From contig OX597828.1 in NCBI GenBank assembly GCA_951406725.2, forward strand, positions 20,956,001 through 21,020,000: DNA of 64,000 nucleotides, in the 5' to 3' direction. The position numbers and the translations under genes were made by a program. Below are positions 37,789 to 51,714 of this stretch, piece by piece (position 1 is the stretch's first letter; every line of letters begins with the position of its first letter). Source of the DNA: Octopus vulgaris (taxonomy: Eukaryota). The notes below the pieces were generated by a model that saw only the letters and a program-made list of their open reading frames with translations, did no database searches and was not told the DNA's origin.

Positions 37789-38469
37789 CATAGAATCCTC
37801 AGTCGGAATCTTGCAATTTAAATTCGGTGACATGGCAAGAACCGTTACAGCACAGGACAAAATACTTGATGATATTCATTTCAGCTCACCGAGCTTTGCG
37901 TTCAAACCCCATCGAGATCAGTTTTGCCTTTCATCCTTTAAGTGGGGGGGGTCGATAAAATTAATTAGCATTGCCAAGTCCACGACCATAGATTAGCAGA
38001 ATCGTTAGAGCAATGGACGGGGGTGTTCTTGCAGTTTTTGTTCCGACTCTTTGGGTTTGGAGTGCAAGACCAGGTTGTGATAGATAGACTTAACATATTA
38101 CCCGATTTAACCCTCACCACCTGGTCTTCGGGCACTTTTAGCCTTTAGTAGAGTTTCCCTGGGACAAGCAACTCGTTTGAGAATAATTCCCTGCCTGCCT
38201 GCTCGCCCTTAATCTAGGAGGTCCTGAAAAAAATAAATAATAAATAACGGGGCTACGAGAAGCAACCCGTCCCACGTCGACGATGCAGTAAATAGAAATA
38301 ATAAAAGCTATATTGAATTAGGACAAGAAATTGTCACCCGAATGCTAGCAAAAACTTGGGATTGTATTTAGAGAAAAAAAGCAATTACCAAAAAAATAAT
38401 TGAAATGAAATAGATTATAACACAATGGGACTGCTCATTCTTCAGTCTTTAATTCAACTAGTCAAAATA

Positions 38470-38538
<69 letters not shown>

Positions 38539-39065
38539 ATGCGTTCCTGTAGAATAGAGTCGTAATTTCTTTGGATTGGGGTCGTGTGCGTGTTTTAACC
38601 ATATCGCAGATGACAATTCTGCAAAGAAAATAAGGAAAGAGATGAAGAGGTTTCTGTCTCACCCGTTTCTACGATATTTCAACTGAGACTCTGTTTTCGG
38701 AGTTTTTTGGGGTTTTTTTTTATTAACTATTTTTCATTTTTTTTTTTGAGGGTTTAAGAGTCGCGTGATGATGATGGCTGCTAGGGTGGTGAAAGGCTGA
38801 TGGTGATGAAAAAACGGAGGGATAACAGTGGCATATCGGTGCTTAGAGAGTCGGGGGTTATGGGGATAAATAAACCTTACGTTACCAATGCCAAGGTTGC
38901 TTATCAAAGAACCTTTTCTTTACCGCATATTGCCAAACACGAAACAGAAAAAAAAAAAACTGAAACAGATTTTTTTGGAAAGAAAAACAAAAACGCACCC
39001 GATATTTATTGAAGGGAGACACGCAGACGACCCCAATGTGTGTGTACGTGCGATTATGCATACAT

Positions 39066-39119
<54 letters not shown>

Positions 39120-40125
39120 GTCAATGTATGTATGCACATGTATTTAGAAATGTATATGTATGTATTGTGAAAGTTTTGGTGCGAAATGACTTATGTCCCT
39201 CGTTAGTGTGAGGCATTTATCTGTAATAATGCCCTCTATATAATATACGTAAATATATATATATATATACACACACACACAAACATGCATGCATGCATAC
39301 ATGTGTATACGTAGCTTCTATCATGTGGATATCTGTAGCATTAGCGTATAGTGTTTGTATATACATGTATGTGTGTGTGTGTGTGCATGTACATACATAC
39401 ATACATGCATACATACATACACACATACATACACACACACACACACACATAGAATCCTCAGTCGGAATCTTGCAATTTAAATTCGGTGACATGGCAAGAA
39501 CCGTTACAGCACAGGACAAAATACTTGATGATATTCATTTCAGCTCACCGAGCTTTGCGTTCAAACCCCATCGAGATCAGTTTTGCCTTTCATCCTTTAA
39601 GTGGGGGGTCGATAAAATTAATTAGCATTGCCAAGTCCACGACCATAGATTAGCAGAATCGTTAGAGCAATGGACGGGGGTGTTCTTGCAGTTTTTGTTC
39701 CGACTCTTTGGGTTTGGAGTGCAAGACCAGGTTGTGATAGATAGACTTAACATATTACCCGATTTAACCCTCACCACCTGGTCTTCGGGCACTTTTAGCC
39801 TTTAGTAGAGTTTCCCTGGGACAAGCAACTCGTTTGAGAATAATTCCCTGCCTGCCTGCTCGCCCTTAATCTAGGAGGTCCTGAAAAAAATAAATAATAA
39901 ATAACGGGGCTACGAGAAGCAACCCGTCCCACGTCGACGATGCAGTAAATAGAAATAATAAAAGCTATATTGAATTAGGACAAGAAATTGTCACCCGAAT
40001 GCTAGCAAAAACTTGGGATTGTATTTAGAGAAAAAAGCAATTACCAAAAAAATAATTGAAATGAAATAGATTATAACACAATGGGACTGCTCATTCTTCA
40101 GTCTTTAATTCAACTAGTCAAAATA

Positions 40126-40196
<71 letters not shown>

Positions 40197-40434
40197 ATGC
40201 GTTCCTGTAGAATAGAGTCGTAATTTCTTTGGATTGGGGTCGTGTGCGTGTTTTAACCATATCGCAGATGACAATTCTGCAAAGAAAATAAGGAAAGAGA
40301 GTGAAGAGGTTTCTGTCTCACCCGTTTCTACGTAATATTTCAACTGAGACTCTGTTTTCGGAAGTTTTTTGGGGTTTTTTTTTATTAACTATTTTTCATT
40401 TTTTTTTTTTAGATTTAGGGTTTAAGAAGTCGCG
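37180..40434. repeat. ~1.6-kb tandem duplication (37180-38765 and 38766-40434)
   Basis: Long near-identical blocks (e.g. ~37790-38465 versus ~39450-40118) differing mainly by short indels. Confidence 0.9.
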
Positions 40435-41405
40435 TATATATTTTTAAAGAATTCTCATCTCAGATGTTAAAAAAAAACATAAATCTGAGGGGGGAGGTGT
40501 GGGACTGTAGAATTAAGCCAAAACTTAAAGGTGGAGAAAGGAAAAACTTCTTTTTTTTATTTCCCACCCTTTCCAGAATTGTAATCTGCAATGCTTGAAA
40601 TATACACATCCGAAAAAGATTGCAGTTTTTGCTGCTCGTGATAATTATCGATTCCATTCTACACCATATTATATATATATGTGTGTATATATATATATAT
40701 ATTTTTAAATGTCTTGCTTTGAAAAACTTTGAATGCATTGTATGTGTGTGAAAGTTTTGGTAGAAATGACTTATGTCCCTCTTAGTGTGAGGCATTTATC
40801 TGTAATAATGCCCTCTATATAATATAAATATATATATATATATACACACACACACGAAACATGCATGCATGCATACATGTGTATGCGTAGCTTCTATCAT
40901 GTGGATATCTGTAGCTTAGCGTATAGTGTTTGTATATACATGCGTGTGTGTGTGTGTGTGCATGTGTGAGTTATACAGTGTCTGTGCGCGCGCGCATATA
41001 CACACACACAATCCGGAAAGACGGTGTAAAGTAAGAAACCGTTCGAGTCGGATTTGAACTCAAAGACAAACGCACGAGATGCATCCCACTGAATTTGTTA
41101 ATACAGACAACATAGCGAACGATCAACTTATGCAGGCGTATTTGGGGGGGGGCCCAGCATGGCCACAACCTTCTGGCTCTTGTGTATGTGTGCCTGTGTA
41201 GCTAGATAAATTAGATATTTCGATGGGCAAATATTTCAGATACAAAACGTTAGATTTATTGGAAAATTTGTATCGATACATAGGTAGGGAAACGTCTTAT
41301 ACACACGCACATATTTGTAGAAATATATACATATATCCCACTAATTAGACAGACAGGCAAACACGAAAAGATAGATAGATAGACAGATACATAGATAGAT
41401 AGATG

Positions 41406-41443
<38 letters not shown>

Positions 41444-41534
41444 AGACAGATAATGTAGATAGATAGATAGATAGATAGATATATAGATATATTATTGATA
41501 GATAGATAGATAGATAATGTAGGCAGACAGATAC

Positions 41535-41602
<68 letters not shown>

Positions 41603-42111
41603 ATAGTCAAAGGATCAAATCGAACACAAATATATTTCATAGATTAATGATGAATAAGCAAGCCACAGCTGGTGAAATAGCGGTTCCTACCGAACAATGA
41701 TAGTGGTAGTATACAATGATTGGGATCGAACGTATCAATAGAACACACAAGGACAAATCGGCAATTAGTAAAAGTGTGTGTAGGTGTGTAGGTGTTTAGA
41801 CATGTATGTATATATATGTATGTGTGTGTGTGTGTGTGAATATGTAGATGAAGACACGTGAGAATGCAGGAATGTGTGCGTGTGTGTACACACATGTATT
41901 CACAGACACACACATACATATTCACAGATAATTCGAGATGAAAACATGTAGACATGTACATACAGGTACTAGTTTGTTGTCAAGTTTCCTTACACGTGTA
42001 TTAAATATACATATATATATATATACATAATATATATTATTCAAACATGTATACATATACGTTTTTTTTTTATACACATATATATTCGTGTTTATTATTA
42101 GTGAGTGAGTG

Positions 42112-42144
<33 letters not shown>

Positions 42145-42205
42145 GTTTTATTTCAGTCAAGCATGTATACATGTGTATCATATACGTGTATATATATACG
42201 CGCAC

Positions 42206-42232
42206 ACACTTTGATCTTAGCTAAAAGGTCGA
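42206..42232 (-). pseudogene. U2: Second U2 snRNA 5' fragment
   Basis: TCGACCTTTTAGCTAAGATCAAAGTGT versus U2 TCGGCCTTTTGGCTAAGATCAAAGTGT (25 of 27 identical). Confidence 0.65.
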
Positions 42233-43675
42233 TATTTCTGTTGATTCCCCAACCAGAAACGATGATAAATTGCAGAACCCAATAAATATTACGTTAAGTG
42301 TAGACCATTCTTCAATGCATAATAAATGAAGGACTCCTAATTACAGTTTATATAGTTGTGTATATAGATATATTATGACATATATTTTTTTTTATATATA
42401 TATATTATATCAATTTACTGTTAATACAATATTATGTGTGTTTTGTGAAGAGTCGGATAGGTATTCTGTCTAACCAAAACATGTATGATAAAGTTGTGTA
42501 TGTATAATATGTATGTGTATACATATAGTATTTCGTGTATGTATGTGTATAGATGTAGAAGTGTGAGTATGTGTGTACAAATGAGAGGGAGTGAGTGAAT
42601 GTTATGAATGTATGTAAATACATGTATTATGTGTGTATGTATACACGTGTTAGAATGAGAGAGAGAGATGGATAGTCATGATTGTATAATATAGAGAATA
42701 AGAAACAGACAAATGAAAATGCGTAGAGAATATATACAATGTGTATATATAATTTATATATAGAGATATGAAATATCTGAATGCTGTAGATATGGGACTC
42801 CTGTGTTTTAGCGGGTAAATAAAACCCTTTCCTAAACTACGGTGCTTACAACAGCAATATATGTATCATTTATACATGTATATGTATATATCTATATGTA
42901 TGTGTGTGCTGATATATATATATATATATATACGTGTATATAATTATATATATGTATATATATTATATATATTTGTCTTGATCCTCCGTTTTCAGGATAA
43001 GTGAATATTGTATTGCTTATACATATACATATGTAAATTTATTTATAATTATATATTTATATTTATATATATATGTATATGGATATGTATATATATAAAT
43101 ATTTATATATATGCACAGACTATCTATGTATATATAGAAATAAATATATATATTAGATGTTAATACCGTTCCTGTAAATAAATATTAAATTGTAAGAGAG
43201 CGGTGACACACCGCACAAAACTGGCAAGTGTACTCCTGATCATGAACGAGGGTGTGTGTATATATGTATACTCATATATGCTTGTATGGATGTATGAGGC
43301 TCTTTCTCTCACTCACTCTCTCTCTATGTATATATATATATTGAAATATATATATACGAATATCTATATATAAATTTATAGATATCTACGAGAGCCTGTG
43401 TGTTTGTGTGTTAGTCTGTCAAGTAGCAAGCCTGTACGTGAACACACTGTGGAAATATCTCAAGGATATATATATATATATCTATATCTATATACATATA
43501 TATGTATAAACTGGGTGTATATGTTTTGTATGTGTATGTGTATGTGTGGAAATGGCCAATCTCACCGACCAAAGTACTGTTTGCTTACAATATCAGTTCT
43601 ACTGTTGCTGCTTTCTATTTTGTCTTCGTATTCAAAGACAGAAATGAGAAATCATACCATAATAATATTTATTAC

Positions 43676-43708
<33 letters not shown>

Positions 43709-44804
43709 GCTATGTATTAATGTATATCTATATAGTTTTATATATGTGATATATTAGTGCACATATATATGCGTGTGTTTGCGTGTATATATATATAATA
43801 TATCAATATCTCACTGTTATTCCCCCCACCAATATTATCTACTATTTTAAAGCAGAAGATCGTGTAAGAAGATTCGATCTAACCAAAACCAAGGTATAAA
43901 AGTGCCGAGTGCACATATACATATGTATGTGTGTATATGGGATTGCGTAGATGTTGAAGCGTGTATAGATGTAGAAGTGTGAGTATGTGTGTACAAATGA
44001 GAGGGAGTGAGTGAATGGGTTATGAATGAGTGAGCGGGAAGACAGTGAACGTTATGTGTGTGAGGTATACAGAGGGGAAAGGGGGAGTTAGAATAGAGAG
44101 AGAGAGGGGGATAGTCTAGGTGAATTAGTATGAATATGAGAGAGGGAGTATATGTAAGAAACAGACAGAGGGGGAATGAAGGGAGATAGAGATAGAGAGA
44201 GGAAGCAGAGAGTGTCACAGTGAATGAGTATGAATATGAGAGAGGGGGAGGGGCTTATGTGAAAAACTGAGAGAGAGAATGAAACAGAGATAAATGAGAG
44301 TGTTTCAAAGTGAAGGAGTATGAATATGAGAAGGGGTGTGACAAAGGGAAGGGTAAGAGGGATGTGGAAAGAGTGAGGGATATATATGAATAGAGAGAGA
44401 GTAAAAAGAGTGTGTTTGAGTGAATGAATATAAATAACGGTGTGAGTGAGAGAAAGAGTGAAAGAGGAAATATAGGAGTGTAGGGTGAGTGTGTATGTGT
44501 CTGACAAATAGAGAGAGGTTATGAAGAGAAAGAGAGAGTTATGGATAGAGGGATGAAGAGTAAGAGAGTTATGGATAGAGAGAGAGAGAGAGAGAGAGTG
44601 ACGAATAGAGAGAAGGGTGACTAAATTTGGGAGAGTCTACGAAAAGGAGAGCGTATGCTTGAATATGAGTGAGTGTCAGAGCAAGAAGATGAGTATGAAT
44701 ATGAGAGTGGGTACGCGTGAGAAAGTGTAAGTTCTCACACAGACACACATGTGTATGAGTGTGCGCTTTTTGCCATCTGCTCGCACGAGTATGTGTGCGT
44801 GTAT

Positions 44805-44840
<36 letters not shown>

Positions 44841-45963
44841 TGCGTGTGGTGTGTATATGTGTGTGTTCTTTACTTTACTTTACTTTCTCTCTTTGCTTCA
44901 CTTACTCTCTACTCTCTCTTTCTACTCTTTTACTTTTTTTTTTCTTTTTTTTTTTTAATACTACTACTGCTACTGCTTTTTTAATATTGAAACGAAATGA
45001 GGAATGATTGTTTATGATTATGATGATGATGATTTAGTTGTGATGATGATGATGACGATGATGATGATGATGATGATGGTGGTGGTGCTGCTGATGATGA
45101 TGATAGTAATGATGATGGTAATGATGTGATTGATTAAAGGAGCCGGTGATGCTGATGTCGGTGATCGATTAAAGGAGATGCTGATGCTGGTAGTTTTTAG
45201 CCATGATGATGATGATGGCAGTGGTGATGGAGGCGATGATGGCGTACAGAAGCTCTTTCTCTTTTTTTTTACTCTTACTTGTTTCAGTCATTTGACTACG
45301 GCCATGCTGGAGCACCGCCTTAAAGTCGAGCAAACACCCCCACCCCCCCAACCCCCCCCCCCCACACCCCAAACACACAACACACAACAAACACACAAAC
45401 ACAGACACACAAACACACACACATACATATGTATATATATATATATATACGACAGGCTTCTTTCAGTTTCCGTCTACCAAATCCACTCACAAGGCATTGG
45501 TCGGCCCAGGGCTATAGCAGAAGACACTTGCCCAAGATGCCACGCAGTGGACTGAACCCGGAACCATGTTGATGATTGTGGGGAAAAGAAGGTGGTGATG
45601 GCAATGGAGTTGAGATGGTAGCGGTGGTGGTGGTGATGTATAAGCGGGGTAGACCTATAATCGAAGGCGTTCCAGATATGACAATGCCGGCTCTTTTTTT
45701 TTCTTTCAGCTTGCTGGGTCTTGACCAAACACCTTTTCCCTTTGCAGACCTTCCAAGACCTTTTTTGTTTTCTTTTTTTCTAGTTTTCTTCTTTTCTTTT
45801 TTTTTTTCAAACAAAAAAATTTTTTTTTTATTTATTTTTTTTTTATTCTTTTACAAAAATAGCAGCAGAAAAAAAAACACACACACACAATGGTGGTGGT
45901 GGTGGTGGTGGTGGTGGTCGTCGTCGTCGTCGTATATGATGATGATGAGATGATGATGATGAC

Positions 45964-46040
<77 letters not shown>

Positions 46041-46427
46041 GGATGATGATGATGATGATGGTGGTGATGGTGGTGAGGAGGAGGATGATGCTGATGACAA
46101 CAACGACGGTGACGATGATGATGATGATGATGAATCGTTCGAGTGGCCTTTTTTTTTTATATATATATATATTTTTTGTTGTTATTATATATGATCCTAT
46201 TGTTTGTGTGTGTGTTGTTGTTGTTGTAATGAAAAACCTGTGTGAAGAGAAATGAGAAGAAAGAAAATTAAATCTTAATTTAATTTTGCCTTGCGAATCA
46301 TTCGGTGACCCCACTGGTGCCGGCCAGTACCGCGCAAAAAGAAAAAAAAACCCTTAGTACCTTCTAGAAATGTAGTTAGCATTAAGAAGGAAATTCTAGC
46401 CATAGAAACCATGCCAAGGTAGACATA

Positions 46428-46586
46428 GGCGCAGGAGTGGCGGTGTGGTAAGTAGCTTGCTTACCAACCACATGGTTCTGGGTTCAGTCCCACTGCGTGG
46501 CACCTTGGGCGAGTGTTTTCTACTATAGTCTTGGGCCAACCAAAGCCTTGTGAGTGGATTTGGTAGACGGAAACTGAAAGCCCGTC

Positions 46587-46674
<88 letters not shown>

Positions 46675-46755
46675 ATATATATATATATATATATACATAC
46701 ATATATACACACACATACGCACACACACATACATACATAGATACATACATACATT

Positions 46756-46824
<69 letters not shown>

Positions 46825-47050
46825 ATGTGTGTGTGTGTGTATGTTTGTGTGTCTGTGTCCCCCCAACATCGCTTGACAACCGATGCTGGTGTGTTTACGT
46901 CCCCGTAACTTAGCGGTTCGGCAAAACTAAACCGATAGAATAAGTACTGGGCTCACAAAGAATAAGTCCTGGGGTCGATTTGCACGACTAAAGGCGGTGC
47001 TCCAACATGGCCGCAGTCTAATAACTGAAACAAGTAAAAGAGTAAAGAGT
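46428..47050 (+). mobile_element. SINE family A with greatly expanded internal (TA)n
   Basis: Full head and tail; internal microsatellite of about 260 bp. Confidence 0.9.
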
Positions 47051-48033
47051 ATAGGAGCTTAGTTTAGTCTCCTTGCTCGTCAGCGTCTGTCGAACCATCC
47101 AACCCATGCCAGCAAGAAAAACGCACGTTAAACGGTGACGACAACGATGATGATGATCCTTCTCCTCTCCTGTTTTTTTAAAGGCGCTAAGATGTAATTT
47201 GAGGGGATTTTGGCAGTTATATCTAGAATGTCGAGTGAACACGAAGACTGCCTTCTAGTCTCCAACACTCGTCAGCATGGTCAGGTGAGGATGTAGTTAG
47301 TTAGTAGATTGATAATAACTTATAACTCGGAGGAGTAAAGCTTGTTTAGGGTCACTCGACTGGCTACAAATAGCACTCAAATCTCTATTATGTCACTTTT
47401 TTTCGCCCCCTCCCTTTTTTTAGTTCATAAAACCAGTTACTCAGTTTCCAAGTCGTTGGAGAGACCGCGATCACAACATACCCCACTGAACGGGACGCGA
47501 AATTTTCTTCCCACGAGAGTTCCGGACCCCAGTTTTGAACTCGTTTGCATACAGCCAATCAGAGCTCAACTATCAAACTATTTTATGAGCGCATAACAAG
47601 TGATGAGCGATAAAATAAGGTCACTTGGGTGAGGAATGACCATGCTTCTTTCCTCTTTTGATAATGCTTGTTGTTCTTGTTCTTGTTTCAACCATGGCTG
47701 CCTCTGCGTAGTTATTTGTCTTGTTGTTTACTTTGTAAATCAGTAAGGAGAGAGGGATGCTAGCACATCGCCCTCTACCCACATTTTTCCCATCCACATC
47801 TTTACCCTATGATGCCCTAACTAAATCCGGTAATAGGAACAGATACAAATCTATCTAATAGCTTTCTCCTTCTGAAATCAGGCATGACTTGGCGATCGAT
47901 CGATTCACAACACCGTTCTTCATCTTAAGTTTATTTGGTACAGTGTGTTTGTTAACTCGACAAGATCAAGGTGAGCTGTATGCAAATTGACTGTATGCAA
48001 ATGAGTTCATTACTTGGGTCCGGAACTCTAGTG

Positions 48034-50329
48034 CAGTCGTTCTGAAAAGGTGCGCCCCAGAAGATGTCTAGGTGCACCCTGAGATTTTCCAAAGACGTTC
48101 ATCCATATATAAAGAAGTAAATGTATAGCTACTTTCTTATATTTTACAATTACCTTACGGATAGACCGGTATTTCCGTCAACAAAAAAATTTGACAACAG
48201 CACTCTTTTTTGCAACGAACAGCTCACTTCAGGCCTGCAAGCAGGTTCGATACGTGTTGTGAACGTGTTTGAACGAGATTTGAACGACTCTGCAACAGCC
48301 AAGCATCCGACAGTGTAGCACTTGCAGGCGGTGGTAACAGACGTGGTATTTTTATTGCGTTAAACAAGCATTCAGAGTGGAAGTGTTGTTATTTTCACTT
48401 GCAAAAAAGTACACCCATACAAAATGGATAGGTTTCTTATTAAAATGAAGCGTGATATTGATGAATGTGAACCTGGAAATGAGCAAAACTTAAGTGAAGC
48501 AAGCTGTTCAAATAAGAAACTGAAAGCGCGACCAACTCGCAAGTACGATGTGAGTTATTTAAGCTTTGATTTCACATGGAGAAGACCATACTTTGCTGCT
48601 ATGTTTCGTACGTGGAAATAAAATGTTAAATGAATCGTTGCTTCCTAGCAAACTGAGCAAACATTTAAAAACTAAACATCCTCATTTACAAGATAAATCT
48701 ACAAATTATTTTTAGAGATTGTCTGAACAGTAAACTAAAGCGGCAAATTCTTTCATAAATAAAGCGACTGTCCCTGAGAAAGCTCAAATCGCTTCCTACC
48801 CAGTTTCAGAACTGCGTGCAAAAAGGTAGTCTCGACAATGCTTGGGAATGAAGAAACAAAAGAAATAAGCAAGATTCCACTGTCCAACGATACAGTTCAC
48901 AGGAGCATTTTAGAAATGACTTCTGATATCGAGAAAAATGTATGTAGTGATAAACTTAAGTATTCACCTTTTGCATTGCAAGTTGATGAGTCAACAGACA
49001 TCATCATCAAGGCACAGCTCTTAGCATTCATTCGTTTTATCGATGAAGATGAAATAGTAAATCAGTTTCTTTTTTTGCAAAGAATTAAGTGTCACTACAA
49101 AAGGAGAGGACGTTTTCAGCATTCTGAATACATACTTTGATAAATGGCTGTTATCATGGAAATCATGAGTGGGTATTTGTACAGATGGAGCCCCTTCCAT
49201 GATAGGCAGTGTTAAGGGTCTCACAGCTTTTGTAAAAACACAAAATGAGGATGTCATCGTTACTCACTGCTTTCTTCATAAGGAGGCCTTGATGGCAAAA
49301 ATATTAGGAAAGGAATTAAAAGAAGTTTTAGATCTAGTTGTTCAGATGGTAAACTTTATTAAAACAAGATCGGTCAAATCTCGTATATTCGAAGTTTTGT
49401 AGAGATATGGATTCTCAACACAAACGGCTGCTTTTACACACCGAAGTAAGGTGGCTGTCAAGAGGAAAAGTACTTACCTGTGTACATGAGCTACAACACA
49501 AACTTCTTGCGTTCTTTGAAGAAATTAACAAATCTAATTTTTGTGACCTTCTTCGTTCCGAATTTTGGATTGCCAGGTTATAGTATTTGGCCGATATATT
49601 TCAGCAGCTCGATATTTTAAATACTAGCATACAAGGGAAAGAAGAAAGCATTCTAATGTCCACTGACAAAATGAAAGCTTTCCGAAGAAAACTTAAGATT
49701 TGGAAACGAAAAGCTGTCGAAGCGAATTTGGAAATATTTCCTTTGTTAAGTCAAAGTGAAACAGGCATAAATGAAACACTCCCGTTAATAGTCGAGCATT
49801 TAGCAAGTTCAGAAGAAAAATTGAAAGCTGAACACTATGACTGGATTAGAAACCCATTCGTGGAAACTTCCAATGATTTCGAATTAACATTGATAGAAGA
49901 AGAGGAACTCGCTGCTAAATCAACTGATCGTGGATTAATGATGAAACACAAGGAATTGTCACTTGAAGCTTTCTGGATTTCTGTAAAAGAGGAATACGTT
50001 TTGATTTCTAAAAAAGCTCTTACAATTTTGCTGCAATTTTCAACTTCATATCTATGTGTATTGGGATTTTCCACTCTTTCTACTATCAAGTACAAAAAGC
50101 GAGGAACACTTATGTGAAGAAATGTGAGTTTGTCTTTCAAACATACGCCCAAACATTGAAGAAAATGCCAAGACACATCGAGATAATGGTTCTCATGAAC
50201 TCAAGAATGAAGAATCTTAAGGTATGTGTTATTTTCTGTTATTTAGTTTAGAAATTTGTTTATGGTGCGCCCACAATTATTTGTAGGGGTTCAAGTGCGG
50301 CCTGACTTCAAACGAGTTGAGAACCACTG
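48034..50329 (+). mobile_element. Full-length Buster/Charlie-type hAT DNA transposon (~2.3 kb)
   Basis: TIRs CAGTCGTTCTGAA / TTGAGAACCACTG; 8-bp TSD CTCTAGTG (48026-48033) and CTCTGGTG (50330-50337) with central TA in the left copy, typical of the Buster group. Confidence 0.92.
48424..50197 (+). pseudogene. Disrupted hAT transposase (ZBED8/SCAND3/Buster-like)
   Basis: BED-finger remnant PSKLSKHLKTKHP; motifs FALQVDESTD, GICTDGAPSM, HCFLH and TEVRWLSRGK; FSTSYLCVLGFS has V at the catalytic E; several stops and frameshifts. Confidence 0.92.
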
Positions 50330-50817
50330 CTCTGGTGGGGAAAAAAAAATTCGCAAACGGGACGCCGATCCGTTGTTGTGTTCAAAGCCGGCAATTTTGA
50401 GAGAAGCAACAGGTCGATTACATCGACCCCACTACTTGACTGATACCTTATTTTATCAACCCCGGATTTGAACCCAGAGCGTAATGTAAGGAGCCAAGAG
50501 AAATGCCGCTAAGCATTTTGTCCTACGTGTAAACTTTTTAATTATTAGTTTCTAGGGTAAAAAACCAAAAAAATGAACGTGATTTTCATCATCAACAAGC
50601 AAAACCAGGGAAGAAAATTTGAGAAAAATCTATCAAAAACTCGAAATACTTCATGTGGTTGAAAAGAATTTAACAAGAGCTTAACGATTCCGTCAGCTCA
50701 CTTACTTGAGCTAGAGTGTATGCCGCCCGGGACGGCCCTTACGTTTGCCGCTCCCGGACCCCACAAAAATCACATATTGCCTAGCACAGACTTAAAAGTG
50801 GCGCCCCTTTAAAAGTA

Positions 50818-51047
50818 CCTATTTCTTTACTACCCTCAAGGGACTAAACACAGGGAGGACAAACAAGGACAGACAAACGGATGAAGTTGATTACATCGAC
50901 CCCAGTGCGTAACTGGTACTTATTTAATCGACCCCGAAAGGATGAAAGGCAAAGTCGACCTCGGCGGAATTTGAATTCAGAACGTAACGGCGGACGAAAT
51001 GCCGCAAAGCATTTCGCCCGGCGAGTTAACGTTTCTGCCAGCTCGCC
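50818..51047 (-). mobile_element. SINE family B with TSD, inserted in a GC-rich MITE remnant
   Basis: Direct repeat CGCCCCTTTAAAAGTACC at 50802-50819 and 51044-51061, partly overlapping the SINE ends. Confidence 0.85.
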
Positions 51048-51714
51048 CCTTTAAAAGTACCGCCCGGGGTGAACCTCCGCTAGCTTCGCTAGTGCTCCTT
51101 ATTATGTCACTATCGCCGTAAAACAGGGAAGGGCACATTGCATAATGTAGCTATACATATACTAAGCCTGAGAAAAAAAGAATCGATGGTCACGGTTAGA
51201 TGTCCTTCGATCTCAGGTCTTCTCAAATGAGGAGCACTGAATTCAACAATAACATCAGCACAAAGCCACTAGGTTATAAGGGAACACATATTTTGTAGAA
51301 GGGAGATAACTCAACAGAAACACGAAGGTTATTTGTACGTTCTATTTCTGTAAACTCTGTGCACCGTATGAACTCAGTGCCTTCATAAGACTCGTTTGGA
51401 ACTTCCAGCTTCTCCGCTTTTAATTTGCATTTGTCTTTCGTTTTATTTTTTATTTTTTTATGACATCGTCCTACGGAAATTCAAGCGTTGTGGCTATGGC
51501 CGGGAGCGATCAATTTTCATCAGACTAACCTATAATCCGTTATATTGACACATGACTAAGTGTTTATATTATCAATACTTGAAAGATAAAAAGAAAAAAA
51601 ATAATAATAAAGGAAATAGAAAGAAAATCGAAACTATCGTAGGATTTGAACGCGAATACGTAAAAATAGATTTCCTGGCAAAGACACAAGGCTACCTGGT
51701 CTGAGAAAAGATGT

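Larger units (their letters stand above)
47497..50354. mobile_element. Non-autonomous Mutator-like element (long TIRs, 9-bp TSD) hosting the hAT transposon
   Basis: Left TIR GCGAAATTTTCTTCCCACGAGAGTTCCGGACCCCAG...TTTGCATACAG. The right TIR (...TATGCAAATGAGTTC...GGGTCCGGAACTCTAGTG + GGGAAAAAAAAATTCGC) is split by the hAT. Flanks GAACGGGAC (47488-47496) and AAACGGGAC (50355-50363). Confidence 0.75.

Noticed and set aside
48424-50197. Domesticated ZBED8/SCAND3-type host gene
   Set aside because: Stops, frameshifts, loss of the catalytic Glu and intact TIR/TSD mark it as a dead transposon.
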